From assembly GCA_965276975.1 (NCBI GenBank), contig CBDIBR010000009.1, positions 53,938 through 117,937 on the forward strand: DNA of 64,000 nucleotides, written 5' to 3'. The position numbers were made by a program, and so were the translations under genes. This DNA comes from Rhodopila sp. (lineage in GTDB: Bacteria > Pseudomonadota > Alphaproteobacteria > Acetobacterales > Acetobacteraceae). Every line of letters begins with the position of its first letter. The stretch's first letter is position 1. Shown one piece after another: positions 1 through 9,763 of the stretch. The notes beneath the pieces are model-generated. The model made no database searches. It saw only the letters and a list, made by a program, of their open reading frames with translations, and had not been told where the DNA came from.

Positions 1-82
1 CCAGGTCGTGGTGTGCCCGTCTGGCTTGCTTGTCCATTCCATGACGTTAGCGCATTGTGCGACCGCTGCAACAGGGGCGCCA

Positions 83-850
83 ATGCTGCTGACCAACGAC
101 GACCCATCGCCGGTACGCGTGCTACGCGAAGCCGCCGCTTCCGACCTGTTCCTGACCGCCGATCATGCCGGCCGCCTGATACCGGGTGCGCTGAACCAGC
201 TTGGGTTGCCCGAGGCGGAGTTGCGACGCCACATCGCCTGGGATATCGGCATCGCCGGGGTCACCGAACGTCTGTCCGCGTTACTTGACGCCACCGCCGT
301 GTTGCAGAGCTATTCGCGTCTGGTGATTGACTGCAACCGTGATCCGTCATGGCCGACCGCGATGCCGGAGATCAGCGAATACACGGCGATCCCGGGGAAC
401 CTGGACCTCAGCGACGAGGCCCGGCGCGCACGGGTTGACGCGATCTTCGCGCCGTACCACGACCGCATTCGCAGCCTGCTGGACGCCCGGGCGAACCGGC
501 GCAGCGTGGTGGTCGCGATGCATAGTTTTACACCGTCTTTCAAAGGTGAAAGTCGTGCGATGCAGGTGGGCATGCTCTACAACAAAGACCCGCGACTGGC
601 TCGCATCCTGCTGGAGCTGCTGCGCGAGCAGGGCGGGCTGACCGTCGGCGATAACGCGCCCTATGCGATCACCGAGGACAGCGACTACAGCATTCCAACG
701 CACGCCGAGAAACGCGGCCTGCCGCATGTCGAGATCGAGATCCGTCAGGACCTGATCGCGAGTGCCGCCGGTCAGGAAGAGTGGGCCCAGCGCGTTGAAG
801 GATTGCTGCGCGAGGCTGATCGGCGACTGCGATCCCTCCAAGGCCGGTGA
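83..850 (+). CDS. N-formylglutamate amidohydrolase family protein
   Basis: Motifs LTADHAG, HIAWDIG, YSRLVIDCNR, MHSFTP, HVEIEIRQDLI. Start placed at ATG 83; the ORF is open from 8. Confidence 0.88.
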   Translation: MLLTNDDPSPVRVLREAAASDLFLTADHAGRLIPGALNQLGLPEAELRRHIAWDIGIAGVTERLSALLDATAVLQSYSRLVIDCNRDPSWPTAMPEISEYTAIPGNLDLSDEARRARVDAIFAPYHDRIRSLLDARANRRSVVVAMHSFTPSFKGESRAMQVGMLYNKDPRLARILLELLREQGGLTVGDNAPYAITEDSDYSIPTHAEKRGLPHVEIEIRQDLIASAAGQEEWAQRVEGLLREADRRLRSLQGR

Positions 851-1555
851 ATGTCCGCGACACCGCGCAAACCGCCGCTGATGACCAAAGCCGATGTCCG
901 GGCCTTCATCGAGGCCTTGGCGACCCACAACCCGGCGCCGGAAACCGAGCTCAGCTTTACCGACCCGTTCACCTTGTTGGTCGCGGTCGTGCTTTCAGCG
1001 CAGGCGACGGATCTTTCGGTGAACCGCGCCACGGCCAAGTTGTTCCAGGCGGCCGCTACGCCGAACGCGATGATCGCGTTGGGTGTCGCTGGGGTGGCCT
1101 CGCATATCCGCTCGATCGGCCTGTGGCAGACCAAGGCACGGAATGTCGTTCAAATCGCCCGTGACCTGCAGGAGAAGCACGGCGGCCAGGTTCCGTCTGA
1201 GCGAGCGGCACTGGAAGCGCTTCCCGGGGTTGGCCGCAAGACGGCGAACGTGGTGATGAACGTGGCGTTCGGCGCCAGCACGATGGCGGTCGACACCCAC
1301 ATCTTCCGGCTTGGCAACCGCACCGGTCTGGCCCCCGGGAAGACGCCGCGGGAGGTTGAGGACGGCTTGATCAAACGCATCCCGCCGGGCCGCCTGCGCG
1401 AGTCCCACCACTGGCTGATCCTGCACGGCCGCTACATCTGCAAGGCCAGGCGGCCAGAGTGCTGGCGTTGTGTGGCCGCGACCTGGTGCCGCTATGGCGA
1501 CAAGACACCGGCATCCGAGACGCCGGCATCCAAGACCGGGATTCAGGCCACCTGA
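851..1555 (+). CDS. nth: Endonuclease III
   Basis: LVAVVLSAQATD, HhH motif LPGVGRKTANVV, VDTH and the C-X6-C-X2-C-X5-C Fe-S motif (ICKARRPECWRCVAATWC). Confidence 0.96.
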   Translation: MSATPRKPPLMTKADVRAFIEALATHNPAPETELSFTDPFTLLVAVVLSAQATDLSVNRATAKLFQAAATPNAMIALGVAGVASHIRSIGLWQTKARNVVQIARDLQEKHGGQVPSERAALEALPGVGRKTANVVMNVAFGASTMAVDTHIFRLGNRTGLAPGKTPREVEDGLIKRIPPGRLRESHHWLILHGRYICKARRPECWRCVAATWCRYGDKTPASETPASKTGIQAT

Positions 1556-1833
1556 CGCAGACAGGGACGGGCGACGCGCGACACACTGCGAACGCCGACA
1601 ATCTGGCGAAGATTGCCCTCAACGAGATGGACGACCTGCGCCGGCATCGCCTCCATCGCGATCTCGACATGGATCGTGTCGCCGGCTCGGTGCGACCACA
1701 TGCGGTCCGGCACCAGGTCACGCTTGGCATAGGGCTGCAGCAACCGGGGCAACAGCCCGGGTGAGGGGTCGGCATCCAGCAGGAAGCGCACGAAGACGGC
1801 AGGCGGTTGTTCAGGTGTCGGATGTGCGGACAT
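1543..1833 (-). CDS. Small ACT-like (amino-acid-binding fold) protein
   Basis: 96 aa with GGAG RBS about 7 nt upstream. The pattern ADPSPGLLPRLLQPYAKRDLVP...NLRQIVGVRSV resembles stand-alone ACT/IlvM-like domains (fold assignment is inference). Confidence 0.65.
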   Translation of the reverse strand: MSAHPTPEQPPAVFVRFLLDADPSPGLLPRLLQPYAKRDLVPDRMWSHRAGDTIHVEIAMEAMPAQVVHLVEGNLRQIVGVRSVSRVARPCLRQVA

Positions 1834-1854
1834 CGAATTTCTCCAGGCAGAAGG

Positions 1855-1906
1855 TCGAATAAGCGGGACTAATCCCGGCTGCTAGGCAGCCGGGCCGCTA
1901 ATTCGA
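1855..1906 (-). promoter_or_regulatory. Long bulged hairpin in the 5' leader of the ACT-like gene
   Basis: Minus strand: TCGAAT-TAGCGG-CCCGGCTGC-CTA-GCAGCCGGG-ATTAGTC-CCGCTT-ATTCGA. It has a 9-bp perfect inner stem plus an 11/12-bp outer stem. Confidence 0.7.
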
Positions 1907-1929
1907 ATGCTCTGGATCGCTTTTCGCAT
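1882..1929 (-). CDS. Candidate leader peptide (uORF) MRKAIQSIRISGPAA*
   Basis: ATG at 1929 to TAG at 1882-1884, in frame with the ACT-like gene. A TAGAAT -10-like hexamer ends 4 nt upstream of the ATG. Confidence 0.4.
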   Translation of the reverse strand: MRKAIQSIRISGPAA

Positions 1930-1944
1930 GAATATTCTATAGCA

Positions 1945-3084
1945 TCATTGCGCTGGCCAGTCGAGCTCCGGCAACCGCAGCAGAGGCACCTGGCGCATCG
2001 ATAATGTGCGATATTGAAGTGTCAGCGGTACATCTACGGTGGTCGCCCGCTCATTGTCATCGGCTCCGGCGATCAGCGAAAGCACGGCTTTGGCGACGGT
2101 CGCCGCCGATCTCGACAGCACGCCATCCTCTGCCAGCTTGTCCAGGGCTTTATCATAACCGACGAATCGCCCGTTGCCGCTTCCCATTGGCTGAAGCTGA
2201 TCATCCAAGGCCAGGGTCGCCGACCCGGTCAGGCCCAGCGGCCCCCAACCCATCGTCAGGCGGGCGATGTCCAACGCGCCACCGCGGTCGCGCCACCGCC
2301 GCGCCCACCCTGTGATACCGCTCTGGGTCGGAAAAGGTCCCCGCACCTTGCCATCCACGGCCAGTGAAGAAATATTGCGACCAAGCGGCCATCGGATCGT
2401 GCCAGGAAGAGCAATCGCCTCGGAACTGACGCGGAAGACCGCGGCGGCCGGGGCTTGATCAGCGGCAGAAGCCTCCGCCTGGGCATTCAGCAGGCCGATC
2501 GACACGTGCCACGCTCCGGTCGCGGCCTCGATCCGCAAGCCCCTGGCCTGCAGCACCACCGGCCGCGGTCCGGCCTGGTCAGAGCGGGATGGCGTAAGGT
2601 TGACGCGATCATGTTCTGGTCCCGGTTGCCTGACAGGGCGATTGACCTCCGAGGCTGGCGCACCCTTGGACGATCGCGCGCCAAGCGGCACCGACATCGC
2701 GGTCTGATCGCCGGTCACGATGATGTCGGGTATCCCGCCGGCGCGCACATGGGTTGGTCCGCTGATGGACAAGCGCAGATGGGTCGGTTCGAACAGGGAG
2801 ACGGAAAGCATCACATCGGCAGCGGCCACATCCAGGGTGCCTGGAATTGTCGGCCCGGCGTGACGTAACGTCAGGTCAGGGACGGTCAGCGTGGCCGCCC
2901 GGGGCCATCCGCCGATCGACAGCGGACCCGAACCGACGTCCCAACCCTCGGCGATCCGCGCCGTCATCCAGCTTCGGTAACCAGCTTTCAGCTGGTCGGC
3001 CGCGACCTTCCAGTACGCGACCTGCGCGGCGGCGACAAGAACAACCAGTATGGCAACGATGGACCAGGCGACGCGGCGGGTCAT
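1945..3084 (-). CDS. DUF2125 domain protein with an in-frame repeat insertion
   Basis: N-terminal TM/signal, GGWP motif and WGPLGLTGSATLALDDQLQPMG. Lies in the usual position downstream of ftsEX-plsC. Confidence 0.8.
   Translation of the reverse strand: MTRRVAWSIVAILVVLVAAAQVAYWKVAADQLKAGYRSWMTARIAEGWDVGSGPLSIGGWPRAATLTVPDLTLRHAGPTIPGTLDVAAADVMLSVSLFEPTHLRLSISGPTHVRAGGIPDIIVTGDQTAMSVPLGARSSKGAPASEVNRPVRQPGPEHDRVNLTPSRSDQAGPRPVVLQARGLRIEAATGAWHVSIGLLNAQAEASAADQAPAAAVFRVSSEAIALPGTIRWPLGRNISSLAVDGKVRGPFPTQSGITGWARRWRDRGGALDIARLTMGWGPLGLTGSATLALDDQLQPMGSGNGRFVGYDKALDKLAEDGVLSRSAATVAKAVLSLIAGADDNERATTVDVPLTLQYRTLSMRQVPLLRLPELDWPAQ
2581..2680. repeat. About 100-bp palindromic dispersed repeat (family A), copy inside the DUF2125 CDS
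   Basis: 70/100 ungapped identity to 17221-17320; shares GGTTGACGCGATCA, CCGGTTGC, GGGCGATTG and GACGATCGCGC. Confidence 0.85.
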
Positions 3085-3327
3085 CCGGCTGTTCCAGAGC
3101 CATGGCCGGCTACGAGCATCCGGATCTCGCAGCGGGAATGATCAAAAAATTCGCACGGGGGTCGCACAACCAACGGGCGAGTAAGCAAATTCTGTCCCCA
3201 GTCGTGAAGATCATGCGCGATCCGACAACGTTTGGCATGGATATCATTCTTCTCAATGAACTACAGCTTTTACCTTACACGCTCTTAAAGCCGTGGCGCG
3301 GATTTCCGCACAGGGTTTTCCACAGGA

Positions 3328-4050
3328 TCACGCACTTGCAGCCGGTCTGTCGCGGAGCTCGCTGTCGGCTACGGCGAGGCCTTCTTCCAGAGCTCGCATG
3401 AACGCCTTTCTTTGCAGCCGGGGTTCAATCTGGCGCCCGATGACGATACGGATCGTTCCCGCTCGTTTGCGAAAAGCCCGGCGCCCCCAGAACCGACCAG
3501 AATTCGTAGAAACCGGAACGACCGGCAGGCCGGTGTACGATGCCAGAGCGGCAACACCGGATTGCAAGATCCCAGGGCGATCCGGTTCGCCGCGGGTTCC
3601 TTCAGGGAAGATCACGATCTGACGCTTTGCCTGCGCGGCCTGATCGGCCTGCCGCAGCAGGGACCTGATCGCGACACCACCGGCGGCACGATCGACGATG
3701 ATCATGCCCGAGGCCCTGACCAGCGCGCCGAACAGCGGGATGCGCAGCAGTTCCTGCTTGGCCACGTAGCAGCAGTGCGGCAGCAGGGCCAGCCAGACGA
3801 AAGTGTCGAACGCCGACTGATGGCGTGACGCAATCAGAACCGCGCCGGGCGGCACGTGCTCCAGTCCCGTGACATCAAGCCGGATGCCGCAGATGATCCG
3901 CACCGCGGCGATCAGAACACGGGCCCACAGCATGGCAACGGCGATGACATAGCCAGGCGCCACCAGGCGAGCCACTGTCGCGGCCAAGCTCAGCAGGCCG
4001 GTGACGGCAAAGAAGACGAGATTGAACAAAGCCGAACGGAGCAGCGTCAC
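3328..4050 (-). CDS. plsC: 1-acyl-sn-glycerol-3-phosphate acyltransferase
   Basis: HQSAFD (HX4D), FPEGTR and PVVPVSTNSG motifs. Confidence 0.9.
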   Translation of the reverse strand: MTLLRSALFNLVFFAVTGLLSLAATVARLVAPGYVIAVAMLWARVLIAAVRIICGIRLDVTGLEHVPPGAVLIASRHQSAFDTFVWLALLPHCCYVAKQELLRIPLFGALVRASGMIIVDRAAGGVAIRSLLRQADQAAQAKRQIVIFPEGTRGEPDRPGILQSGVAALASYTGLPVVPVSTNSGRFWGRRAFRKRAGTIRIVIGRQIEPRLQRKAFMRALEEGLAVADSELRDRPAASA

Positions 4051-4664
4051 CCGCTTGAGCCTGTCGGAACGGCGGACCTGTAGGCGGTCTCACGCGGTGG
4101 CAGCCACATGGAAAGGCCTGTTACGGAAATGAGATATTTGGTAAATTCCTCGGCCGTCAGGGTCAGACCGGGGCCGTCTTCGGCAGTTCGCGGCATGACC
4201 GGCAGCGGCAACAGGCGGACGTCCGGCAGCGCGCGATGGAGTTCTGCCAGAGCCCGCGGCATATGATAAGCGGCGGTGACCACGATCAGCGTGTTGATCC
4301 CGTTCTGCTCCGCCCAAACCGCCGTTTCGACAGCATTACCACGCGTCGACACGGCATAGCGGCCAAGTGTGATGCGATCCGCGCGGCGCTTTGCGTCGAT
4401 CCCGGCCAAGCGGCCAAGGGTGGCCAGGTCGGTGCCTCCGCCGATACCCGTGAGCAGCAACTTGTCGGCGTCACCGTGCATGAGAACGTGCAAGGCCATT
4501 TCGACCCGTCCCGCTCCGCCGGTGAGCGCGACAACACCATCGCTGTGGGCCAGCGGCGGCGGGGCCGGGAGGCGGCGGGTCATGTTCATGAACCAGATCA
4601 AGCCACCGACCCAGCCCAAGGCGCCCGCCATGACGATGGTGACAACCAGGTTCGACAGCCTCAT
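4047..4664 (-). CDS. YdcF/DUF218 family protein
   Basis: VALTGGAGRV, STRGNAVE and IVVTAAYHMPRA. The ATG at 4664 overlaps the ftsX stop. Confidence 0.88.
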   Translation of the reverse strand: MRLSNLVVTIVMAGALGWVGGLIWFMNMTRRLPAPPPLAHSDGVVALTGGAGRVEMALHVLMHGDADKLLLTGIGGGTDLATLGRLAGIDAKRRADRITLGRYAVSTRGNAVETAVWAEQNGINTLIVVTAAYHMPRALAELHRALPDVRLLPLPVMPRTAEDGPGLTLTAEEFTKYLISVTGLSMWLPPRETAYRSAVPTGSSG

Positions 4665-5581
4665 GGCAACCGCCGCAGCCACTGCCGGACGGCGCTTTGG
4701 GCGGTGGCGAAACCGATCACGGCGGCACAGAGCGGCAAGCCGGGCAAGGCCAGCCACAGTGACGTCGGCAAGGTCTCCAGCGCGTCCCGCAGCGTGCCGC
4801 CCGCGCCGCCGGCTGCCGGTGTGAATGGGGCCGCCATCCAGGCCAGGGTCAGCAGGACCGGCAGCGATAGCATGGCGCCCCCGGCCGCCCCCAGCGCGGC
4901 CAGCACGGTCGCGCGCGCGGCGAAACGGGCGGCGATGTAGCCGTCGGTCGCGCCGAGGCCGTGGACAATCTCGATCGCTTCGCGCCGCGTCGACAAGCCT
5001 GCCCGCGTCGCGACCGCGATCACCGCCGCCGCGACGGCGGCGACCAACAGCAAGGTTAGGCCGGCACAGGCCTGCAGACTGCGAGCGAGGACGGTCAGAC
5101 GGCTGATCCACAGACTATGATCCTCAACCAGGGTGCCTTGCGCGACTTCGGCCAGACGGCGGGAAAGCGCGTCGAGATCCCCTGCGCTTTGGGTCAGGCG
5201 AACCGCGATCACCGCGGGTATCGGGATCGCCAGTCGTTCGGCACCCTGGCCAAGCCATGGCTTCAGCAGATCCGTGAGTTCCTGGTCGGACAGCGCATGG
5301 GCCGAGGCAACGCCAGGTGTACCGAGCAGCAGTGTCAGCACAGCGTTCAGCCGCGTCTGGTCGGTATGCGCCGCGGGTTCCGCGGCCCGCGGGACCTGGA
5401 TGGTCAAGGATGTGCCGGCGCCTTCCCGCCAATGGCGCGACAGCGCCGCCGTGGCGAACCAGCCGGCGATCGCGAGTGCCGCGAGGAAGGCCATCGCTGC
5501 CACAAGACCTGGCAACATCCGGTCTGACAGCGCGCGCCGCAGGCCGAGTTCGTCAAAACCCGAGGGGCGCAGCGAGGTCAC
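4661..5581 (-). CDS. ftsX: Cell division permease FtsX
   Basis: Four-TM permease with [15 protein letters not shown], translationally coupled to ftsE. Confidence 0.9.
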   Translation of the reverse strand: MTSLRPSGFDELGLRRALSDRMLPGLVAAMAFLAALAIAGWFATAALSRHWREGAGTSLTIQVPRAAEPAAHTDQTRLNAVLTLLLGTPGVASAHALSDQELTDLLKPWLGQGAERLAIPIPAVIAVRLTQSAGDLDALSRRLAEVAQGTLVEDHSLWISRLTVLARSLQACAGLTLLLVAAVAAAVIAVATRAGLSTRREAIEIVHGLGATDGYIAARFAARATVLAALGAAGGAMLSLPVLLTLAWMAAPFTPAAGGAGGTLRDALETLPTSLWLALPGLPLCAAVIGFATAQSAVRQWLRRLP

Positions 5582-6276
5582 GCGCCGCGCCCGATGGTTC
5601 CGGTCAGCCGGCCGCCGGCAATACGCAGCGCGGTCGCGGGATGTCGCGCCACCAGCGTTTCATTATGCGTCGCCACGATCACCGTCGTACCGATGCGGTT
5701 CATCTCCTTGAACAGTTGCATCAACCGCTCGGCCTGTCCGTCATCAAGGTTGCCTGTTGGCTCGTCCGCGAGAAGCAGGGCGGGCCGGGCGATCACCGCT
5801 CGGGCGATCGCGACGCGCTGCTGTTCGCCGCCGGAAAGTGTGGCGGGGCGGGCTTCCAGATGACGAGAGAGACCGACCCAGCGCAGCAGTTCCCCGACAT
5901 CAGCGCGAATCTGGCCCTCCGAACGGCCGGCGATGCGCAGTGGCAAGGCAACGTTATCGAATGCCGAAAGATGCGGCAGTAGGCGGAAGTCCTGGAATAC
6001 CACGCCGATGCGCTGACGCAGTGCGGGTAGCGCCTGTCTTGGCGCCTTGGTCACATCGGTGTCCAACAGGATCAGCCGCCCGCGGGTGGGCCGCACCGCG
6101 AGATAAAGCAACCGCAACAGGCTGGTCTTGCCCGAACCCGACGGCCCCAACAGCCAGCGAAAGCCGCCCGGTTGCAGTGCGAAATCGATGTCGTGCAGGA
6201 CTTCCGGTTCAGCGGACGTCGCCATGCGGACGCCGCTTCGCTGATAGCGCAGTCCGACCGCTTCGAAACGTAGCAT
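5578..6276 (-). CDS. ftsE: Cell division ATP-binding protein FtsE
   Basis: [27 protein letters not shown] and [11 protein letters not shown]. Confidence 0.93.
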   Translation of the reverse strand: MLRFEAVGLRYQRSGVRMATSAEPEVLHDIDFALQPGGFRWLLGPSGSGKTSLLRLLYLAVRPTRGRLILLDTDVTKAPRQALPALRQRIGVVFQDFRLLPHLSAFDNVALPLRIAGRSEGQIRADVGELLRWVGLSRHLEARPATLSGGEQQRVAIARAVIARPALLLADEPTGNLDDGQAERLMQLFKEMNRIGTTVIVATHNETLVARHPATALRIAGGRLTGTIGRGA

Positions 6277-6438
6277 GGCGTGTGTTTAGCCGGATCGGAC
6301 GGTTCTTGCCATTCGGTCCGGTGGATGAGAGGTTCAATCGCTGTAACCGAACGCATGCGCCAGCCCAACCTGCCGCGAGACGGGCTGGAACCATCGAGCA
6401 CCGGCCCTGATCAAGCTGCGGGTTTTCATCGAGTTGCC

Positions 6439-6897
6439 ATGATAATCGTCTGCCCGAGTTGCGCCACCGAGTACGACGTGCCAACAGCCCGATTGACGCC
6501 GGGCAAGACGGTTCGCTGCGCGCGGTGCGGGGGTGAGTGGGCACCCACACAGCAGGCCGCGGAACCCGTGCCGCCACCGGAACCAACCGCACCCGCCGTG
6601 GCACCTGACCCAGACGCGGCAGCTGATCCAGACGCGGTGCCTCCGCCGACCGTCACAGCGCCCCTGCCGCAAGTCACGGCGATGGATCGGCTTGTGGCCT
6701 CCTCCGCGCCTCCGGCGTCACATGCCGCTCTGCTGGGCGCCTGGGTGCTGACCGGTGTCGTGCTGGTCGGCGCGATCACCGCGACTGTCCTGTGGCGGGC
6801 GGAGGTCGTGCGAGCCTGGCCACCGACGAGCCGCATCCTGGGGCCGACCGCGCCTTCGTCCGAGCGGTTGCCAACGCCGGGCAAGACCGCGCACTGA
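6439..6897 (+). CDS. Zinc-ribbon (MJ0042-type) membrane protein
   Basis: MIIVCPSCATEY...VRCARCGGEW followed by a Pro/Ala linker and a TM helix; divergent from ftsE. Confidence 0.82.
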   Translation: MIIVCPSCATEYDVPTARLTPGKTVRCARCGGEWAPTQQAAEPVPPPEPTAPAVAPDPDAAADPDAVPPPTVTAPLPQVTAMDRLVASSAPPASHAALLGAWVLTGVVLVGAITATVLWRAEVVRAWPPTSRILGPTAPSSERLPTPGKTAH

Positions 6898-7025
6898 CCG
6901 CCGGGGGCGGACTCCGCGGGCGGATGTCAGATTCTTGCAGAATATGGCGATTATCCGAGGCGTTTCGATCCGAATCGGCGCGATCCGCCTCAAACGGTTG
7001 ATACGCTCCGGCCAAACATGCTTTC

Positions 7026-9566
7026 GTGCGAAGCAACGAGATCGTTAAAAGGTTAAATCGCGTGGCGTTTGAAACGGATGAGTCGGCTTATCTCGCCGGC
7101 GAAGCTGACGATCATGATTCGGTACGGAACGATGAAGACATAGCGGCTTTGCAGACCGCGATTCTTGAGAAACTCACCTATCGTTTAGGCAAGCGACGCG
7201 CCATCGCGACCGAACGCGACTGGCTGATGGCGGCGTCCTATGCCTTACGCGACCAGATCGTGGATCGTTGGCTGGCCGGCGTCGACGAGGCGTATCGCAA
7301 TGGCTCGAAGCGGGTTTACTATCTTTCACTGGAGTTCCTGATCGGGCGCCTGCTGTTCGACAACCTGAACAACCTGAACAAGCTGGATACGATGCGGGCC
7401 GCGTTGGCCGGTCTGGACGTCGATCTAAGCAAGCTGCGCGCGCTGGAGCCCGATGCCGCGCTTGGCAACGGCGGGCTTGGTCGGCTTGCCGCGTGCTTCA
7501 TGGAGAGCATGGCCACGCTGAATATTCCCGCGTACGGCTACGGCATCCGCTACGAGCACGGTTTGTTCCGTCAAGTAATGAAAAACGGCTGGCAGCAGGA
7601 ATTTCCGGAGGACTGGCTGGCCTTGGGAAACCCATGGGAATTCCATCGGCCGGAGGTCAGTTACGAGATCGGCTTCGGCGGTTCGATCGAGGCGGTGCCG
7701 ATCTCAGAAGCCGCGATGCGGCATGTCTGGCATCCCGCCGAAACCATCGAGGCCGTGGCCTACGACACGCCATCCGTCGGCTGGCGCAGCCGTCGTGTGA
7801 ACACGCTGCGGCTGTGGTCGGCCCGCTCGGCGAACTCCTTGCGGCTGGACGCGTTCAATCACGGCGACCACGCCGGGGCGTTGGCGGAACAAGTCAAGGC
7901 CGAGTCGATTTCGAAGGTGTTGTATCCGTCGGACGCGACGCAAGCGGGTCAGGAATTGCGGCTGCGCCAGGAATACTTCTTCGTTTCGGCGTCACTGCAA
8001 GACCTGGTGCGCCGTCACATCAAGGCGTTTGGTCATATCAATAATCTGGCCGAGAAAACGGCGATCCAGCTAAACGACACCCACCCGGCGATCGGTGTCG
8101 CCGAACTGATGAGGATACTGCTGGATGTACATCAGGTTCCCTGGGAGGACGCCTGGCGGACCACGCAGGCGACGTTCAGCTATACCAACCACACCCTGCT
8201 GCCGGAAGCGTTAGAGGTCTGGCCGGTTCCGCTGATGGAGCGGTTGCTGCCGCGCCACATGCAGATCATCTACCTGATCAACGCCCTGCACCTTGGTTCC
8301 GTGCGGAAGGAACATCCCGACGACGATGCGCTGCTGTCGAGCGTTTCGATGATCGACGAGCAGCAGGGACGGCGCGTTCGCATGAGCCACCTGGCGTTCC
8401 TGGGATCACACCGGGTCAACGGCGTCTCGGCCCTGCACACCGGGCTGATGCGGGAAACCGTGTTTCGGGATCTGCATGACCTGTTCCCGGACCGGATCGT
8501 CAATGTCACGAACGGCGTCGCGTTTCGTCGTTGGCTGCACGAGGCGAACCCGCGGCTGACCCGGCTGCTGGTGGATGCCGCGGGCGTTCAGGTGCTGGAC
8601 GATGAGTCAGCGTTGGTCAAGCTGCGCCCCCTGGCGAACGATCGCGCGTTTCAGAAGCGCTTCGCCGCCAGCCGCTACGTCAACAAGCTTGCGCTGTCCG
8701 ACCTGATCCGGCGCGAATTGGAGATCCGTGTCGACCCCTCGGCGCTGTTCGACGTCCACGTCAAGCGGATCCACGAATACAAGCGGCAGCTGCTGAACAT
8801 CCTGGAGGCGATCGCGCTCTACAACGCGATTCGCGCCCGGCCGATGGACGACTGGGCGCCTCGGGTGAAGATCTTCGCCGGCAAGGCGGCGGCGAGCTAT
8901 CAGCAGGCCAAGCTGATCATCAAACTGATCCACGACGTGGCGAAGGTGATCAACAGCGACCCGACCGTGCGCAACGTCCTGAAAATCGTCTTTTTGCCCA
9001 ACTACTCCGTCAGCCTGGCGGAAGTCATCATGCCGGCGGCTGATGTGTCGGAGCAGATCTCCACGGCCGGCATGGAAGCATCCGGCACCGGCAACATGAA
9101 GTTCGCCCTGAATGGCGCGCTGACCGTCGGGACGCTGGACGGCGCCAACATCGAGATCCTGGAGCACGTCGGGGCCGAGAACATGTTCATCTTCGGCCTG
9201 ACCGCGGATCAAGTGGCTGCCCGGCGCGGCCTTGGCATCGATTCGGCCGACATCATCGGCGGGTCGCCGATCCTGACCGAGGTGCTTGCCAGCGTCGAGG
9301 CCGGCGTGTTCTCGCCCGATGAGCCCGATCGGTATCGCGGGCTGGTGGAATCGCTGCGTTACCACGACCATTTTCTGGTCTGTGCCGACTTTGACGACTA
9401 CTACGCGACGCAACGCCAGGTTGCCGATCTCTGGCGCCGGCCGACGGACTGGTGGCAGGCCTCGATCCTCAATACCGCGAATGTCGGCTGGTTCTCGTCG
9501 GATCGTTCGATTCGCGAGTATGCCGGTGAGATCTGGAACGTGCCGACCTACACGCCACCGTCCTGA
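7026..9566 (+). CDS. glgP: Glycogen/alpha-glucan phosphorylase
   Basis: LGNGGLGRLAACF, IQLNDTHP, KRIHEYKRQ and EASGTGNMKFALNG (PLP lysine). The exact start is uncertain. Confidence 0.96.
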   Translation: MRSNEIVKRLNRVAFETDESAYLAGEADDHDSVRNDEDIAALQTAILEKLTYRLGKRRAIATERDWLMAASYALRDQIVDRWLAGVDEAYRNGSKRVYYLSLEFLIGRLLFDNLNNLNKLDTMRAALAGLDVDLSKLRALEPDAALGNGGLGRLAACFMESMATLNIPAYGYGIRYEHGLFRQVMKNGWQQEFPEDWLALGNPWEFHRPEVSYEIGFGGSIEAVPISEAAMRHVWHPAETIEAVAYDTPSVGWRSRRVNTLRLWSARSANSLRLDAFNHGDHAGALAEQVKAESISKVLYPSDATQAGQELRLRQEYFFVSASLQDLVRRHIKAFGHINNLAEKTAIQLNDTHPAIGVAELMRILLDVHQVPWEDAWRTTQATFSYTNHTLLPEALEVWPVPLMERLLPRHMQIIYLINALHLGSVRKEHPDDDALLSSVSMIDEQQGRRVRMSHLAFLGSHRVNGVSALHTGLMRETVFRDLHDLFPDRIVNVTNGVAFRRWLHEANPRLTRLLVDAAGVQVLDDESALVKLRPLANDRAFQKRFAASRYVNKLALSDLIRRELEIRVDPSALFDVHVKRIHEYKRQLLNILEAIALYNAIRARPMDDWAPRVKIFAGKAAASYQQAKLIIKLIHDVAKVINSDPTVRNVLKIVFLPNYSVSLAEVIMPAADVSEQISTAGMEASGTGNMKFALNGALTVGTLDGANIEILEHVGAENMFIFGLTADQVAARRGLGIDSADIIGGSPILTEVLASVEAGVFSPDEPDRYRGLVESLRYHDHFLVCADFDDYYATQRQVADLWRRPTDWWQASILNTANVGWFSSDRSIREYAGEIWNVPTYTPPS

Positions 9567-9763
9567 CAGCGACAGGTCGCGGTCGACCTGTGACTGTGAC
9601 GGGTATGGTTGATCGTCCCGGCCGCTACATCCCGGTGCCGACCATCGGCGGCTGACTGGGCGAACTAAGCCGGTCCGCGGTCGTTCGGCTTGGCCCTGGC
9701 GCGTTCTTGGATGCGTGCGTAGTGTGAAGAGATAACAAGAACCGCGGGCACACGAGAGGTGCG

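Noticed and set aside
432-445. GGGTTGACGCGATC matching repeat family A
   Set aside because: The similarity does not extend on either side, and it encodes ordinary RVDAI residues of the amidohydrolase.
3316-3324. DnaA-box match TTTTCCACA in an AT-rich gap
   Set aside because: A single box with no cluster, unwinding element or origin-associated genes.
7045-7056. TTAA..TTAA near the glgP start
   Set aside because: The spacing is 4 nt, not the 7 nt needed for CtrA.
9572-9591. ACAGGTCG-CGGT-CGACCTGT hairpin after glgP as an intrinsic terminator
   Set aside because: No U-tract follows, so it is at most an mRNA stabiliser.
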